A model generated the notes under the pieces. It was not told where the DNA came from. It saw only the letters and a list, made by a program, of their open reading frames with translations, and did not search any database. DNA of 64,000 nucleotides from Zootoca vivipara (Eukaryota), in NCBI RefSeq assembly GCF_963506605.1, contig NC_083288.1:41664001-41728000 (forward strand). Reading direction: 5' to 3'. The translations under genes were made by a program, and so were the position numbers. Numbering within the stretch: the first letter of the stretch is position 1; each line of letters starts with the position of its first letter. Positions 63,071 to 64,000 of the stretch are shown here, piece by piece.

Positions 63071-64000
63071 CAATCTGTGGTTTTCCTTGTTAACCTGCTC
63101 CTTGGAGGACTGCTACCAAAAACTCGGCTACCCCCCCCCCCCCGTTACCCTTTGGTCAACATCAGATAGGCAGAATCCCACACTTTCACCTTGCTGGGAT
63201 TCCAGACCACCCAAAAGAGGGGACAGCACGCGTTGACGGAGCGTACTGTACAATGGGCAATGAGCTCTACAGTGTCTGGGACATTCATAGAGCATCTGCA
63301 GAATCTCTTGTTTCTAGGAATGTTTTGATATCTTCCCCTGACAAATGCCGAGGGAAAAACATTCAAACGGGCCAGCATAAAAGCCCTACGTTGGGCTGGG
63401 ATTATTAATTTAGTGACGTAATTGGATCTGCTATCTAAGATATTTAAATCATAGAATATAGGGGAGCAAATTTTGTTTACAGCTGCCATAATATTTTGTC
63501 TCTCGGCATCCTTTAGTCTAGTTAGGATATTATGGAAAATGTATTGCTCGTTAGGTTAACGAAGACCAAGAGCAGTGAAGCTGTTAAGAAAACAAAGATG
63601 AGCCTGGGCTGAAAAGCCCTTTACCAACCCTTCCCCCCCCCCAGCTGTAGCAAGATGGGTGGCACCTAGCCAGGTAAGCCCACTTACCCTGTGGGAGGGG
63701 AGGGGAAAATTTTGGGATTCTGCAAGAGATTTTGGAATTTGTTTATGTGAGTCTGCCCTGTGCTTTTGTCTCTGCTTTGTGCCTTCGTTTGGGGGACTTC
63801 TGGGGGACTCTGCCTACTGCTATTGTTTTGGGGATCGTGTGGATGACTATCATCAGTGCATGAAAGGGAAAAAAATGTTATTTTTTTCATCTACAATATT
63901 GTCTTATTTATTTTATAGTACAGTACATTGATTATTGCCTTCATTTTATGGATCAATGGTCTCGTTAGACAGTTAAATTTGTGTTAAATTGCTGTTCTAG
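62479..64000. mobile_element. Tigger/pogo-like non-autonomous element (runs off the window) with an 89-bp GC-rich tandem repeat
   Basis: TA followed by CAGTGGTACCTCTGGTTACGAAC; GAGGCTCTG recurs at 62614, 62703 and 62792. Confidence 0.6.
62911..63549 (-). mobile_element. LINE 3' fragment (RTE-X-like) containing (TA)n at 63009-63068
   Basis: RAFMLARLNVFPS...GRY..IPRNKRFCRC...DTVE zinc-knuckle-like end; AATAAA; GTTAGGT on both flanks. Confidence 0.6.

Overview
Eukaryotic (vertebrate) DNA, not microbial. It is a tandem cluster of vomeronasal type-2 receptor genes (V2R, class C GPCR), all on the minus strand. The repeat content (Sauria/POM-type SINEs, a Squam3-like SINE, BovB, CR1 with ATTCTATG tails) points to a squamate, most likely a lacertid lizard (inference). 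I reconstructed five complete six-exon genes from GT-AG junctions and exon phases. Labels are mine: A 353-8856 (875 aa), B 11882-22786 (876 aa), D 27638-36411 (875 aa), E 38130-49044 (874 aa), F 51464-60790 (873 aa). Also present: the last exon of a sixth gene (G 61472-62373), a truncated pseudogene (C, exons 5-6 only, 24769-27567) and a TM7 fragment at 1-80. There are two subfamilies: A-type (A, D, E, F) and B-type (B, C, G, fragment). Introns carry many transposable elements, several nested and with visible target-site duplications (TSDs). Most short ORFs in the six-frame track are antisense shadows or TE remnants. I see no evidence of a wholly new biological system. The best leads are: mosaic (gene-conversion-like) paralogs; an ancestral A-type/B-type two-gene module; candidate O/E-homeodomain promoter elements; poly(A) signals overlapping stop codons; a possible half-L1-like single-ORF retroelement; and a hAT MITE family that includes a copy with mismatched ends.
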